Assembly (NCBI RefSeq): GCF_036321535.1
Contig: NC_087436.1
Coordinates: 40,240,001 to 40,304,000 of the forward strand
Reading direction: 5' to 3'
DNA length: 64,000 nucleotides
Source: Camelus dromedarius
Lineage: Eukaryota
Made by a program: the position numbers and the translations under genes. Below are positions 39,063 through 51,960 of the stretch, one piece after another (the stretch's first letter is position 1; each line of letters starts with the position of its first letter). Under the pieces are notes generated by a model. It was given only the letters and a program-made list of their open reading frames with translations, was not told the DNA's origin and ran no database searches.

Positions 39063-40499
39063 GAGATTCAGTTCTAGTACTCAAGCTGCATATAGATTAA
39101 AAAAAATACAAATCAATTATGTTTAAAGTGTATCTTGAGACACTGAATGTAAACAGTAGGGTTTCCTAGCATAAGCACTAGCACCGAAGCTCTTAGTGTG
39201 CACCATATGTTTGCTGCCTCATACTGTGCTCTGTCAATGAATCCAAAATAATTTTCAAATTTGTTTATGTAAACTGAAATACTCTACTTTCAGGTGTCGT
39301 AACACAGGTCTGGGATTTTTATATCACAGGTTATTCTTCCTGTTTGAGTCATGAAGTTACAGAAACTTAGGGAAGGTAAATGCAGTTTTCAAAATGTCAT
39401 GGCTGATAAGTATAATACACTGAAGATGTACATTTACAACTTTTCATTTTACTTGCAGTATTTTCTCTTGTGGAGCATCTTACCACGTTATATTCAAATG
39501 AGGAGAAAACAAATTTGTCTATTGAGGTAATAACAATTTTTAAATAAAATGTTAACTTTTAATTTTGGTGAGCGCAGTGGATGAAAAAGTCATGCACTTT
39601 GAGATGTTATAATTACTCGTAACAAATTATTAGTCACTCACTCCCTGAATGAGAGATTACTCTACTTTGTGCTTCAGTGTGACCTGGAGTTACTTAGCCA
39701 TTTAGAGGAATAGCAACAAAACAACAATCAGCTTTAGAAAAATGTTCTGTAAAGGAAAAATGCATAGGTATTAAGATACTTGTTCAGTATGCACTACGTT
39801 ATTTGGCAGTGTAGTTGCAAATTGGGAAATTTTATGAGACTGCATAGGAATATAATGAGTGCAATTTGTTAAATAAAAGTGAATCGAAAATGAGTCTACT
39901 TCATATTGAAGAGTGTTACTACGGAATTAACAATCAAGTTGTCTGTGTCAAAAACTAAAGGGGAATTGTGGGCTACAGGGAATAAACCTGGCGAAATACC
40001 TGAGGAAGCCACTTTGTGAAAAAGCAGAATGGAAGACTGCACGAGGCCAGCAACTCAAGGGGTAAAGAGTAACAACAGAAGAGCAATCAAGAAAATATCA
40101 GTGGAAGTATTTATAATCACACTGTGTGTGACAATGAAAGTGCTTGAGGGTAAAGGTAGATTTGCTCATGAGAAACCCTCTCTGGTGGACCCTGTTATGC
40201 AATATAAATTTACTAGGGAATATTTTCACAATGATGTATTTGCTTTGGTTTCATGTAAAGTTGAAGGGAAACACAATTGTTACATTATGGCTGGTAGAAT
40301 GGTATTAATAACCTTATGTAAATTATTTTTCTGACTCATTCTTTTGTATCCAAACATATGAACAGAGATAACAAGCAATATAGATTTCTTCTGTCTTGTG
40401 TGTTGAGGGGGTGTGGTGTATGTATGCGTGTGTGTGAAAATATGAGAAATATATTGCTCTTTTTTTTTTAACTTAATACATACACAAAAAATTTAATCG

Positions 40500-40529
40500 G
40501 TGCTCACTTCAGCAGCACATATACTAAAA
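40500..40529 (+). pseudogene. RNU6: 3'-truncated (tailless) U6 snRNA retropseudogene, U6 nt 1-30
   Basis: gtgctcacttcagcagcacatatactaaaa versus U6 GTGCTCGCTTCGGCAGCACATATACTAAAA (28/30, both differences CpG>CpA). Flanked by aaaaaatttaatcg / aaaaattttaattg. Confidence 0.93.
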
Positions 40530-41949
40530 AATTTTAATTGAAACTAGCATCAATGTATAATCTGTACCTTGACATTATTGAATAATAAACATCAAAATAT
40601 TGTTTGTGATGAGAAGCGGTAACAGGAGAGATGCCTGCTACTCAATCAGAGCATAGATTCTACACATGACCTAATATTTCCTTCGCTGAGAAAATCCTAT
40701 GTCTTTTAGGAATTAGGTTTTGGTTTTGCTTGTTTTATTTCTTTTGTTTTGCCTTTTTAAGATGAGGAATCACTGCAAATACCTAGCCTGCATTTGTTCG
40801 AAGGATAATTCCTTCTGAGCATTGTGCAACTGATAAAACCTAGTGTCTGTGATCAATCTCACATGCATGGCACTTATACCACAGTCTTCCTATCCCACAA
40901 TGAAAACCCGAACCTTCAGTCAGTAAGGGTGTTATTGATGATGCTCTGAATCAGTTTATCACTTCTGCCAGTAACTTTGCTTAGAAGAGAAAAAGTGAGC
41001 GAGAGACAGAAATGAAGACACACACAAACATACACTTATACAAACACAGGAAATAGAAAGATTGAGACATAGTGAGCTTATCTAAAAACGTGGTATATTT
41101 AACCAGATTCTGAGAAATAAACACAGAAAACTGATCTTACAACATGTTCATATATACATATATGTAATACCTATATTTTATATGTATATTATATATAATT
41201 AAAATTGTGCACAGTTACATATTATCAAAGTCTAAAAGATGCCACTACATTGCTTTTTAGGGACAAAACAATCAAATTCCTGAAGTTTGCACAAATTTTG
41301 AAGATTCCCACAATAAACTTGACCGACTTAAATCTCAACCTCAAATTTTTTCACTCCTCCCACAATACTCTGCAAAGACTTTCTCACCATTCTTCGAAAT
41401 TTTAATATCCATTCATAATTACATAGCTTTGTGAACACTTTTAATCTTCTAGAATAAACTTTCATCATTCATTTTTCCTTTCAGACACCTACTCACCTCT
41501 TCAGACCAAGACCATTTGTCATTCCTTTCTCACAGTTGGCTTCCACAACCAGATTATGTTGAGTATTTTATCACCATTAAAAATTAAACTAAAATATATA
41601 ATTATGAACTTCATTATTATAGCTTCAAATTTATCTCATTCTCCACCATTTCTACATTAAAATCTGTTCCTTTCTCCTCCTGCCTCACGATCAGTTTAAT
41701 CAATTATTTTGTTCCAGGCAGGATAATTTTATTCCATTTTCAGAGCATTTCATAGTATTTATTGCTGTGATTTATCTCACACAGCTATTCTGCTTCACAC
41801 TCTTTTTTTTTAACCCATCCCACATTGATTCCTGTACTTCTCATTTTATCATTCAGTTCTTAGCATAAACATCAGTTTTCTCCAGGAAAACTGGAAGTAT
41901 TAGCGGCTTCTCTCTCCTCTTATGTAATTCTGAAAAAAAACAAACATTC

Positions 41950-42100
41950 TCTATAATCACACACGACTGTAATTGCTTGTTTTACGGTCTAATGCCCTCA
42001 ACTAGACTCTTAATGCTTGCAAATAGTGTCTTCTAAATTGTTCACTGTTATGTTCTGACTTCCTAGCACAGTGCCTGACCCAATTATATTTGCTAAATGT
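41950..42100 (+). mobile_element. L2 3' end
   Basis: 'aactagactcttaatgctt...ttgttcactgtta...cctagcacagtgcctgac'. Confidence 0.75.
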
Positions 42101-42184
42101 ATCTTGTAGCAAGGCCTCACACGTACTGCAGGTCACTAACCCAAAAATGATCTATGACATTAAGTGACAGACGCATTTGATTAG

Positions 42185-42360
42185 CAAGTATTTTAGTAAA
42201 TCATTTAGGAGTCCATCTCTGAGAATAACACTGCCTGGGTTTAGATCCTAAACTCTACAATATGAATTTTTAATGTTTAGCAACTTATTTGTTTTACCTC
42301 TCTTTCATTATCTGTAAAATGATATAATTATATTATCAACTTCATAAGGATATTTTAAAG
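42185..42360 (+). mobile_element. MIR relic
   Basis: 'actgcctgggtttagatccta...gcaacttattt...atctgtaaaatgatataatt'. Confidence 0.7.
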
Positions 42361-42375
42361 GAAAAGGAAATACAA

Positions 42376-42417
42376 TTTTATATGTCAGTTATACCTTAAT
42401 AAAGCTAAATTTTTAAG
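42376..42417 (+). mobile_element. Ultra-short (~42 bp) L1 3' terminus with TSD
   Basis: 'ttttatatgtcagttataccttaataaagct' is an L1MA/MB-type terminus. TSD aaaggaaatacaa (42363-42375) / aagggaaatacaa (42418-42430). Confidence 0.75.
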
Positions 42418-45400
42418 AAGGGAAATACAAAATGTCTATCATATTTGCAGAAGTGGGATGATAAATGAAGTGACATGCTTAGATCCAGACCAGGACCCCC
42501 CAAAATAGAACATAATATTCAAGGGGTGCAGAGCCCGCACACAGTGAGCTGGTTATGGGATGGAATGAAGGAAGTATATCCGAGTGGGTGACAGAAAACG
42601 ACTTCTCACTCTGTTATCCTAGCAATCTAACTGGAAATGTCTTCTGCCACCAACTACTGGAGAAGTTGCCCAAGTCAGGAGTTCTGGTAGGAAAGGGATC
42701 TCAGGGAGGGTACAAATGGGGCAGGTCCCAGTGGTGTTTGTAGGAGGTCAGAAGACCAGAGTATTTGAGAATGTAGCATCCTTGCTCTTTAACATAGTCT
42801 ATGTCGTTTATTTTTTATTGTGTAATTGTCATCTGTGCCTCTAATATTTGCTTATGCGCATTATAACGGGAGTTTCTTGGAACTCAATTATCAGTACTGT
42901 ATCCTACAAAATTTTTTAATAACTTCTTATTTTTAATCTATAGCTTATACTGTTACTTATGTGAAAACATTTACCTTACACCAGATAAAAATATTTACAT
43001 TTATTGTATTTTAATAAGACTGCATCATTTTATGTTAGAACTACATAGTACATTTGTACTACATTTGGTACAAAATAACAATCTTTTTCTATATTCTGGA
43101 CCTGCCTTTATAGTCTAAATTGTCACAAACCAGACCTCATCCTTCTCATTTAACTATCTATATAAAATAATTATATTTAGAAAACTATAAAATTAAATAC
43201 GAATTTAAACTTTAAAATAAAATACTAACAAGTATGTGCTTTGCATTTTCATATGCATTTATATTTCAAAGAGAAAGTATAGAACATAGAAATCTTGTTT
43301 ATGTAATGAAAAATATATCAAAGGCCAGAAAAGCTTTAATGTTTTTAATAATGAGTAGAAAAAGATGCAAACTCCAGCATGGAAAGATATAATAAGCAAA
43401 TAAAAAGATAATTCACAAAAGAATAAAATACTATTAAGCAAATGCAAAAACTCAGTCAAGTCCACAGAGTAAATTACTGGCAATGCTATAATAGAATGTA
43501 GATTCTCTTTCTGTCCAGATTTCTTTCCATTGTATTTTATTATCACTTTTCCTGTAATTACTCAAACTATCTACTTGTGGTGGGGAGTAATGAACTCAGT
43601 ACTGTGAAACGTTTATGTATGACTTTCAAAGTTAAAGCTCTTTTAGAATATTATCTTATTCTAGCAAAGAAATATTTATCAGTTCTTAGTTCCAAATGAT
43701 TGGTTCATACAAACTAAGCAATTTACCATAAATTTATGGGATTCAAAAGACTGTGCAATTTCTTAAGTTATCATAAACATGGAATACTGTTTTATAAGGT
43801 GTAAAGATTAAAATAACTAATGGGTTTATCTATCAGTTTCTATATAGTAAAGAAAATTTGTTGTGTTGTAATATTCTTATGCACAAAATAGTTACATTCA
43901 GATAATTACACATTTATTCAATCTTACTATACTGCATAAATTTCTTAAAATTAAATTTATAATGCCTGTTAATTAAGAAGGTTATATATTAAGTTTACAT
44001 AGTAAATGTAAAGTTCTGTCTTTTAAAGAGTCATCAAATTCTGCATTGATGTCTTAAAATAACAAATGATCAACTTCTTTAATATAAATGCATCTACACA
44101 AAAGTTGCTGCTCTTTGTTATTTTCTATTTTTGAGCCAATTATTCTATTGTGCCAGAATAAAATCTCACTTACAAACAGTTAAAATGCTGAACATAAAAA
44201 TTACTGTAAATATAAAAGTATTTTCTCTTTTAAGAGATGATACTGTAATTTTTTCTGTTCAACTTGCTACTCCAAAAATACTGTGATTTGGAACTTTGCA
44301 AATTTGAAATTTTAATTATTTCAAAATATTAGTTTGACTGTGGTATATTCAGGGACCTAAAATACTATTGACACAAAGGCTTTCAGAAAAGAATACAGAT
44401 AACCATTAATTAAAATTGACTCTTATCTGTAGTTATTTTGAGTGGATCTTTAGATACTTAACATCCAAAACTAGCTTTTAAAAACTATTATAATGTGTAA
44501 TATATTTTAGAAGTGATATTTACAATGTCTTTATATTAACCTGCTTGTTAGTATAATACTTAACACATACACATTTTATAATTAAGAAGTACCCCAAATA
44601 TCTAAACATGTATCTATTCTTTCTGTCACAGAAAATTATTTCTAATATTAGCCAGTCATTATGCTTAAATAATGTTTCTGATTAATAACATTACACATAT
44701 ATCCACACAGAGCAAGACAGCTATAGTCTAAAGAAATAGTGCAAAGAGCACACACAATGTTTTGCACAAGACCACTCAGTGTAAAATATAACAGAAAGTC
44801 TTGTGTGCACAGGTAAAAAAAAATATCACATTTAAAATTTTTATGTTTCTGAAGTAAAATCGAATTCAAGGAAGAATTTAAATCATTAACTTAGCTATTG
44901 ATGATAAATAAATAGTAATTTATTAAAAAGTCATGTTGACTGGAATTTAGCAATGAGAGCTGAACTTGTTATAAGAGGAAATACAGAAGAGAACTTTGTT
45001 TTCCCTTCATGCAAGCTTCTGGCCTGTAAGCACATCATTTCAATCCTTCACTTAAAATCATGAAGCTACATTCTAATATGAAAATAGATGGGGCAAAATT
45101 ATGTAGGCATGAGGAGTTAAATATCAAAAAATAAAATGTTTAGCTTGGGAGATTGTTCAAAGTTGATGAAAATGATAAAATTACGCATTCCTCTTGATTC
45201 TCAGTGATATATTCAAAAGCATCTTTCTTACTTGATTAAAATAAGCTGTAGAAATGCTTTTATTAGAACATTTCAAATTATCAGCTGCTGATTTTCCCAA
45301 GACATAGAATAGAAAAGGTCATGTTACATCACTCCTGATTTTCTCTAGCTTGACACAAAAATAAAATTTTTATTAAGATTAGAAAATAAAAAGCAAACTC

Positions 45401-45574
45401 CATTTAACATGCAAAAACCCTGTGAAATAAGACAAAACCTTTTATCAAACCAAAAAGGATTCTATTTACTTTACTAAAAATATATATAAAACCAAACTCA
45501 AGACTACAATCAATTTTTCATCCCAAATCTTTAATGTACATTGATCCAACATGTATTGTCCTAGGATTTGGGAT

Positions 45575-45770
45575 GTGATATTAAACAGCAATATAGGATT
45601 AAGCATCAGGAGACCTGGATTTCTAGGTACATTGTTGCCACATACTAGCTGTGTAAACTCCGGAAAACTATATGGACTCTCAATTTCTCACTTTTTATCA
45701 AAACTAGGAATAAGTTCAGCACTCCAGGGTTTTTGTAAGAATGGAATAAGTCTAATGTATATGAAGTTTT
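45575..45770 (+). mobile_element. MIR relic
   Basis: 'atcaggagacctggatttctag...tactagctgtgtaaac...ctcaatttctca'. Confidence 0.7.
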
Positions 45771-45869
45771 AATTTCATAATTATTTTATTTCCTCATCTT
45801 TCAATAGCAGTTCTTAGAGAGTGTTATGAGGATTTATTGGTAATTGTAATTGTTTGTTTATTTTATTAT

Positions 45870-46100
45870 CTGGCTTTTATTGCATGCTCACTCTATTCTA
45901 GTCATTGGATTCAAATGTTATATGCATTATTATCGTTTAACCTTCTCAATAACTCTATGACCTCAGTACCATATTTCTGATATTTAGAGTTCCAAGAGCA
46001 TATGTAACTTCTCCCAGTTCATATAGTTAACAAATGACTCAACATGGTCTCAATTTTGGGTACATCTCACAAAAATAAAAGATTATGCTTTTAACCATTA
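45870..46100 (-). mobile_element. MIR relic
   Basis: 'tcgtttaaccttctcaataactctatga...gtaacttctcccagttcatatagttaacaaatgac...tgcttttaaccatta'. Confidence 0.7.
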
Positions 46101-46606
46101 TTTTATAATAAGATAATACGAACGATCTAATAAGAAAAATAATGTAAAAATATTCCCTGCTCCAATCCAAAAGAACATATTCTTCCTAAATTAATCCCTA
46201 GATTTTTATTATATAGACTCTTCAAATGGACAAAATCAATCTACAAATAAAGAACTGGAAGAGAAGAAAGACGAAAGGAGATGCTAAGTGGATTGAGGGT
46301 AAAGAAGAGCTCGGAGCATTGGGAAGAAAGATAGGTTCAAGAGAATACAATGTGTGGGGAATTAGGGAGAAGAGTCTAAGGCTTAGGAATTGGATCTCAT
46401 ACAATATCCTATGAAAGGATATTTCTGTGTTGTTTTTGTTAGGCTGTTGAATGGAGCTTCTTAAACAGAATACTATCATACACTCAACTGTGTGGCTCAG
46501 GACTCCAAATGTGTTACATTTCAGAAAGTATCCTCATGATTTGTATCCTAAAGTAGGACACACAGCTATGAGCTAAATTAAATCATTCTTCTAGTCTTCT
46601 AGTCCT

Positions 46607-49508
46607 AGTTTATAGTGATACAAGCTTACCTCAACAAACAAGGAAAATCTCAAATAAACAACCTAATATCATACCTAAAGCAAGTAGTAAAAGAAGAACA
46701 AATAAAACTCAAAGTTAGTAGAAGGAAAGAAATCATAGAGATCAGAGCAGAAATAAAAGAAATAAAGACTAAAAGAAACAATAGAAAAGATCAATGAAAC
46801 TAAGAGCTAGAAAAAGATAAACAAAATTGAGAAATCTTCCTCAGATTCATCAAGAAAAAAACAGGGAGCCCAAATCAATAAAATCAGAAATGAAAAAGGA
46901 CAAATTACAACTGACACCACAGAAATACAAAAGATCCTAGGGATTACTACAAATAACCATATGCCAACAAGATGGACAGTCTAGAAGAAATCAGCAAATT
47001 CCTAAAAATACACCATCTCTCAAGACTGAACCAGGAAGAAATAGAAAACATGAACAGACTAATTACCATTAATAAAATTGAATCGATAATAATAATTTTT
47101 AAAATCCCACAAATAAATTTCCAGGACCAGGTGGTTTCACAGGTGAATTCTGCCAAACATTTAGAGAAGAGTAAACAACTATCCTTCTCAAACTAGTCCA
47201 AAAATTTCAGAGAAAGAAACACTTCCAAACTCATCAAAACCAAAGATACCATAAAAAAAAGAAAATTACAAGCCAATATCACTGATAAACGTAGATATAA
47301 AAATCCTCAATAAAGATTAGCAAATGGAATTCAACAATACATTAAAAGGATCATACACCATGATCAAGTGTGGACTTATCCCAGGGATGCAAGGATGTTT
47401 CAATATCAGCAAATCAATCAATGTGCTACACCACATTAACAAATTGGAGAATAAAAATCATATGATCATCTCAATAGATGCAGAAAAAACCTTTGATAAA
47501 ATTCAACATCTACTTTTGATAAAGACTCTCCAGAAAGTGGGCATAGAGGGAACACACCTCAACATAATAAAGACCATATGTGACAAACCCACAGCTAACA
47601 TCAACTCAATGGTGAAAAGCTAAAAGCATTTTTCTAATATAAGGAACAAGACAAGAATGCCCACTCAACCACTTTTATTCAACATAGTATTGGAAGTCAC
47701 AACAATCAGACAAGAAGACATAAAAGGAGTCCAAACTGGAAAGAAAGAAGTAAAACTGTCACTTTCTGCAGATGCCATGATACTATGCATAGAAAATCCT
47801 AAAGACTCCACCAAAAAACTACTAGAGCTCATCAATGAATTCAGTAAAATTGTAGGATACAAAGTTAATATACAAAAATCTATTGCATTTTGATAAACTA
47901 ACAACAAACTGTCAGAAAGAGAAATTAGGGAAACAACCCCATGTACCATTACATCAAAAAGAGTAAAATTCCTAGGCATAAACCTACCTAAGGAGGTAAA
48001 AGACCTGTTCTCAGAAAACTATAAGCACGGATGAAAGAAACTGAGGATGATGCAAACAGGTGGAAAGATATATTGTGTTCATGGACTGAAAGAATTAATA
48101 CTGTTAAAATATCCATACTACCCAAGGCGATCTATTGACTCATTGCAATCCAATATATCAAGGGCATTTTCCACAGAACTAGAACAAATAATTTTAAAAT
48201 GTGTATGGAAACACAAAAGACCTCAAATAGCCAAAACAATCTTGAGAAAGAAGAAAAGACTGGAAACAAAAATTCCTAGAAGACAACATACGCAGGACAC
48301 TTTTTGACATAACCCATAGCAATTTTTTTTTTATTTATCTCCTAAGATAAAGGAAACAAAAACAAAAACAAATGGGACCTAATTAAACTGAAAAGCTTTT
48401 GCATGGCAAAGGAAACCACAGAGAAGATGAAAGGACAATCTACTGAGTTGTAGAAAAATTTTGCTAATGATATGACTAATAAGGGACTGATATCAAACAT
48501 ATATAAATAGCTCATGCAATTCACCATTAAAAAATCAAACAACCCAATTAAAAAATGAACAGAACTGAACTGACAGTTTTCCGAAGAAGACATACATATG
48601 GCCAACAGGCACATGAAAAGATGCTCAGTGTCACTAACCATCAAAGAAAAGCAAATCAAAACCACAATGAGATATCACCTCCCAGATGTTAGAATGATTA
48701 TTATAAAAAAGACCACAAATAACAAATGTGATGAGTATATGGAAAAAAGAGAACCCTTGTACACTGTTGTGGGAATGTAAATTGGTACTGCCACTGTGGA
48801 AAACAATATACAGTTTCCTGAAAAAACTAAAAATAGAACTACCATGTGATCCAGGAAATCCAATCCTAGATATATATCTGAAGAAAACTAAAACTAATTT
48901 GAAAAGATACATGCACCCTGATGTTCTCAGCAGCATTATCTACAATTGCCAAGACATGGACGCAAACTAAGTGTCCATCAACAGGTGAATGGATAAGAAA
49001 GAGGTGGTGTATACAATAGAATACTACTCAGCCACAAAAAAGAATAAAATTTTGTCATTTGCAACAATATGGATAGATCTGGAGGGTATTATACTTAGTA
49101 ATATAAGCCAGAGAGGAAGTCAAATACTGTATGTTATCACTTACATGTGGAATCTAAAAAATAAACAAATTAGTGAATATAACAAAAATAAACAGACTCA
49201 CAGGTACAAAGAACAAATTAGTGGTTACCAGTTGTGAGGAGGAAGGGCGAAGGTGCAAGATACGGCAGTGGAGAAAGAGGTTCAAAATACTATGTATAAA
49301 GTAAACAAGCTACCAGGATATATAATACAGCACAGGGAATATAGCCAATGTTTTGTAATAACTGTAAATGCAGTAGAATTTACAAAGATTTTGAATCACT
49401 TTGTTGTACACCAAAACTAATAAAATACTGTAAATCAACTATATCTCAATTTAAGAAAAGAACAAAAACACGTAACTGATAAGCTTAAAAAAGAAGAAAA
49501 AGAAAAAA
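46607..49508 (+). mobile_element. 5'-truncated, decayed L1 (ORF2 from after the endonuclease domain through RT to the 3' UTR and A-rich tail)
   Basis: ORF2 peptides in several frames: [47 protein letters not shown] and [11 protein letters not shown] (catalytic FADD lost). Many stops and frameshifts, and no clear TSD. Confidence 0.97.
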
Positions 49509-49678
49509 CTTCACACAGTATCTAGCCATTCTAACTATTAGATAAATGGCAGCCATTTTTTCCCCCAAGTCACCTGATGCAAACTCAAATCCTATAAGCC
49601 CCTCCTTACTCTCTCTCATTGAGATATCTCACAATTACTCATGGAGTGTGATCTCTATTGCTGTAAGTAATTTTATTA

Positions 49679-49682
<4 letters not shown>

Positions 49683-49731
<49 letters not shown>

Positions 49732-49732
49732 T
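49683..49732. repeat. (TAT)n trinucleotide microsatellite, ~16 pure units
   Basis: Directly visible. Confidence 0.97.
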
Positions 49733-49899
49733 CTACAAGTATGTTTCTGGTTGTCTTCGTGGGTAAAAATATAGTTATATCATAGGTCTTTACAAGTTCT
49801 CATCTGGGTATCAAACCTGCATGGTCAATCAGTAAATTCTTCTATGAACACTCATACCACATTCATGCTTTCAACATAGTAAAAATCACATAATATTTT

Positions 49900-50035
49900 A
49901 ATTCTTCATTTGAATGTCTTTCTCTTCACTGGACTAAATCTATTCAAATAAAGTCAGAGTCTTTTCATTCTTACATGTTCAGAAACTATTTGGAACAGTG
50001 TAATCACTCTTGGGTGATTTGTAAATGAATGAATA
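49900..50035 (+). mobile_element. L2 3' end
   Basis: 'tgtctttctcttcactggactaaa...tttgtaaatgaatgaat'. Confidence 0.6.
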
Positions 50036-51214
50036 TTCTTGAAGTACCTCTTAAGGATTCCATTTTGAGTCACTAAATCTGTGCACTAAAGACAGTGAGG
50101 TCACATTTTTTTAGGGAATAGTGTCAGAATATAGCAAAGACATTTGCTAATATCCATTTATTTTCCTTTAAGGATAGACTGTAAATTGCACATTTTTAAA
50201 ACAGGTATTCCTTGAGAATATATTGAATTTTAAATGTATTTTTTACCCATATGAAAATAACAACTTTTTATTATGTATGTATAGAGAAAGAAAGAGACAG
50301 AGAAGGAAGGGTGGGGGAAGAAGAGGGAGAGAGAGAGAAGTAGCTAGAAGGACATTGAGATTGAAACCAAGAAGTCAATAAAATACAGAGTGACTAAGTG
50401 ACTAAGAGACTGGAATAAGACAACTGAGGGTGAAGGCTTTAATGCCATATACAAATGACATGGGAATGAACAAAGGCTATGGAGAGTTAGAAAATAAACA
50501 CTAAAATTAATGGATATCCTTGGAAAAGATAAATATTTATTAAAAAGCAAGGAATCTGGGGAAGATTCTATGAAATACATAAGAAAGCATAATAGATTTT
50601 CTTTTGGTCACCATAGAATGCATCTTCAGGGGACAACAGAAAAGACAGAGATGGAAAAGTCAGGATTGGGATAAATCAGTGGATAAAATTTAATCAATAT
50701 AGAAATCATAGTATTTGAAAGACTATATCACTATATGGAGAATATTTATTTGTGACAAAGATGATAGATATTAATGGAATTTTGTAATCAATGAATGTTA
50801 GTGTTTCACCTGCATGAACATATGGCCAAATAATGTTGAAGAGCAGATGTGATTAACACATCTTCAATGTCTGCTAATGGCAGGAAACAGAATCATGATG
50901 CAGTGTTCTTTGTTTTCCCTCAAGGAATTTCTCCCCAGATGGTGTAGATGGGTTTCAAAATAGATCTTAAAATTAACTTATGCTGATATAAATTGCATCA
51001 CATTTTTAAAGTTCTCATTTAGGTGATATCAACTATTGCCAACCTTTACTAAGAAAATGTCCAAATGTGGTATGCTTTAAGTTTTATTTGTATTCACCTT
51101 CCACTATTATGATTTAGAGACTACATATTTGAGTACAAAACATATATATCCACACTAAATGCATTCACACCTTGACAGTTAAACTGCAGATATTCTTTTA
51201 TTTTATTTTTCCTC

Positions 51215-51465
51215 ATATTGCTAAGTGAAAGAAGTTAATCTGAAAAACCACGCTACATGATTCCAATTCATGGAAACGCAGAAATATAAGAGATAGTAAA
51301 CAGATCAGTGGTTGCCATCAGGCTGAGGCTGGGTTGGGGTTGGGGTGGCATGAAGGTGAATAAATGAAACATAGGCAATATCATATAAACTTAATGTATG
51401 CAGACTTTTAAAAATTTAAGTGGTCGTGGGATACAAGAATAGACATCAGAAATCTTAACAAGAGT
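51215..51465 (+). mobile_element. L1MC-type 3' UTR fragment
   Basis: 'tgctaagtgaaagaag...atgattccaatt...gatagtaaacagatcagtggttgcca'. Confidence 0.75.
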
Positions 51466-51605
51466 TACTTTCACTGGGCTACAATAAAGGTGTCAATAGG
51501 ACTTCATTCCCTCTGGAGGTTCAAGGGGTGAATCTGTTCCCCTGCCTTTTCCAGTTTCTAGAAGCTGCCTAAATTCCTCAGATCATGGTCTCTTCCTTGA
51601 TCAAT
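51466..51605 (-). mobile_element. MLT1D/E LTR fragment
   Basis: 'tcactgggcta...ctggaggttcaaggggtgaatctgttccctgccttttccagtttctagaagctgcc'. Confidence 0.8.
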
Positions 51606-51609
51606 CCAA

Positions 51610-51960
51610 ATAGATAGTACTTCTAAGCAGAGATAGTGTCTCTAAGATATCTTCAAGACAGACACTCACAGAATGATTTGGAAACATAAAATCCTCTCCT
51701 TCCCCTTCCTGGAAACATTTCCTCATATTCCAAAGTAATAAGCTTAGCAATGCATTCCCTCTGTCCATCAGAGAATTTGTTTAATGAGAAATCTTTTTCT
51801 TTGGGAGAAAGGTTGGACAAATGTCTTAATCATTGCCATATAAGCTCTAGATCTTGTAATTTGGGGGAGCCTCTCCTTTGTTGAAACTTGTTGGTGAACA
51901 TTTGGCTCTCACTGTATAGTTCTTTGGGGAGCTTGGGAGCAGGGAATCTATCACACTGTC
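51610..51960 (+). mobile_element. Probable old ERV LTR fragment
   Basis: 'cagagatagtgtctctaag' and 'ccatataagctctagatc' resemble MER34/MER39-group LTRs. Confidence 0.4.

Noticed and set aside
40500..40529. Functional U6 snRNA gene
   Set aside because: Only the first 30 nt are present, with CpG decay, no ACAGAGA box and TSD flanks.
46615..49237. RT-like ORFs as a functional gene
   Set aside because: These are fragmented L1 ORF2 pieces with frameshifts, deletions and FADD changed to SADA.
49546..49785. Poly-isoleucine membrane-like ORF
   Set aside because: It is produced by the (TAT)n microsatellite.
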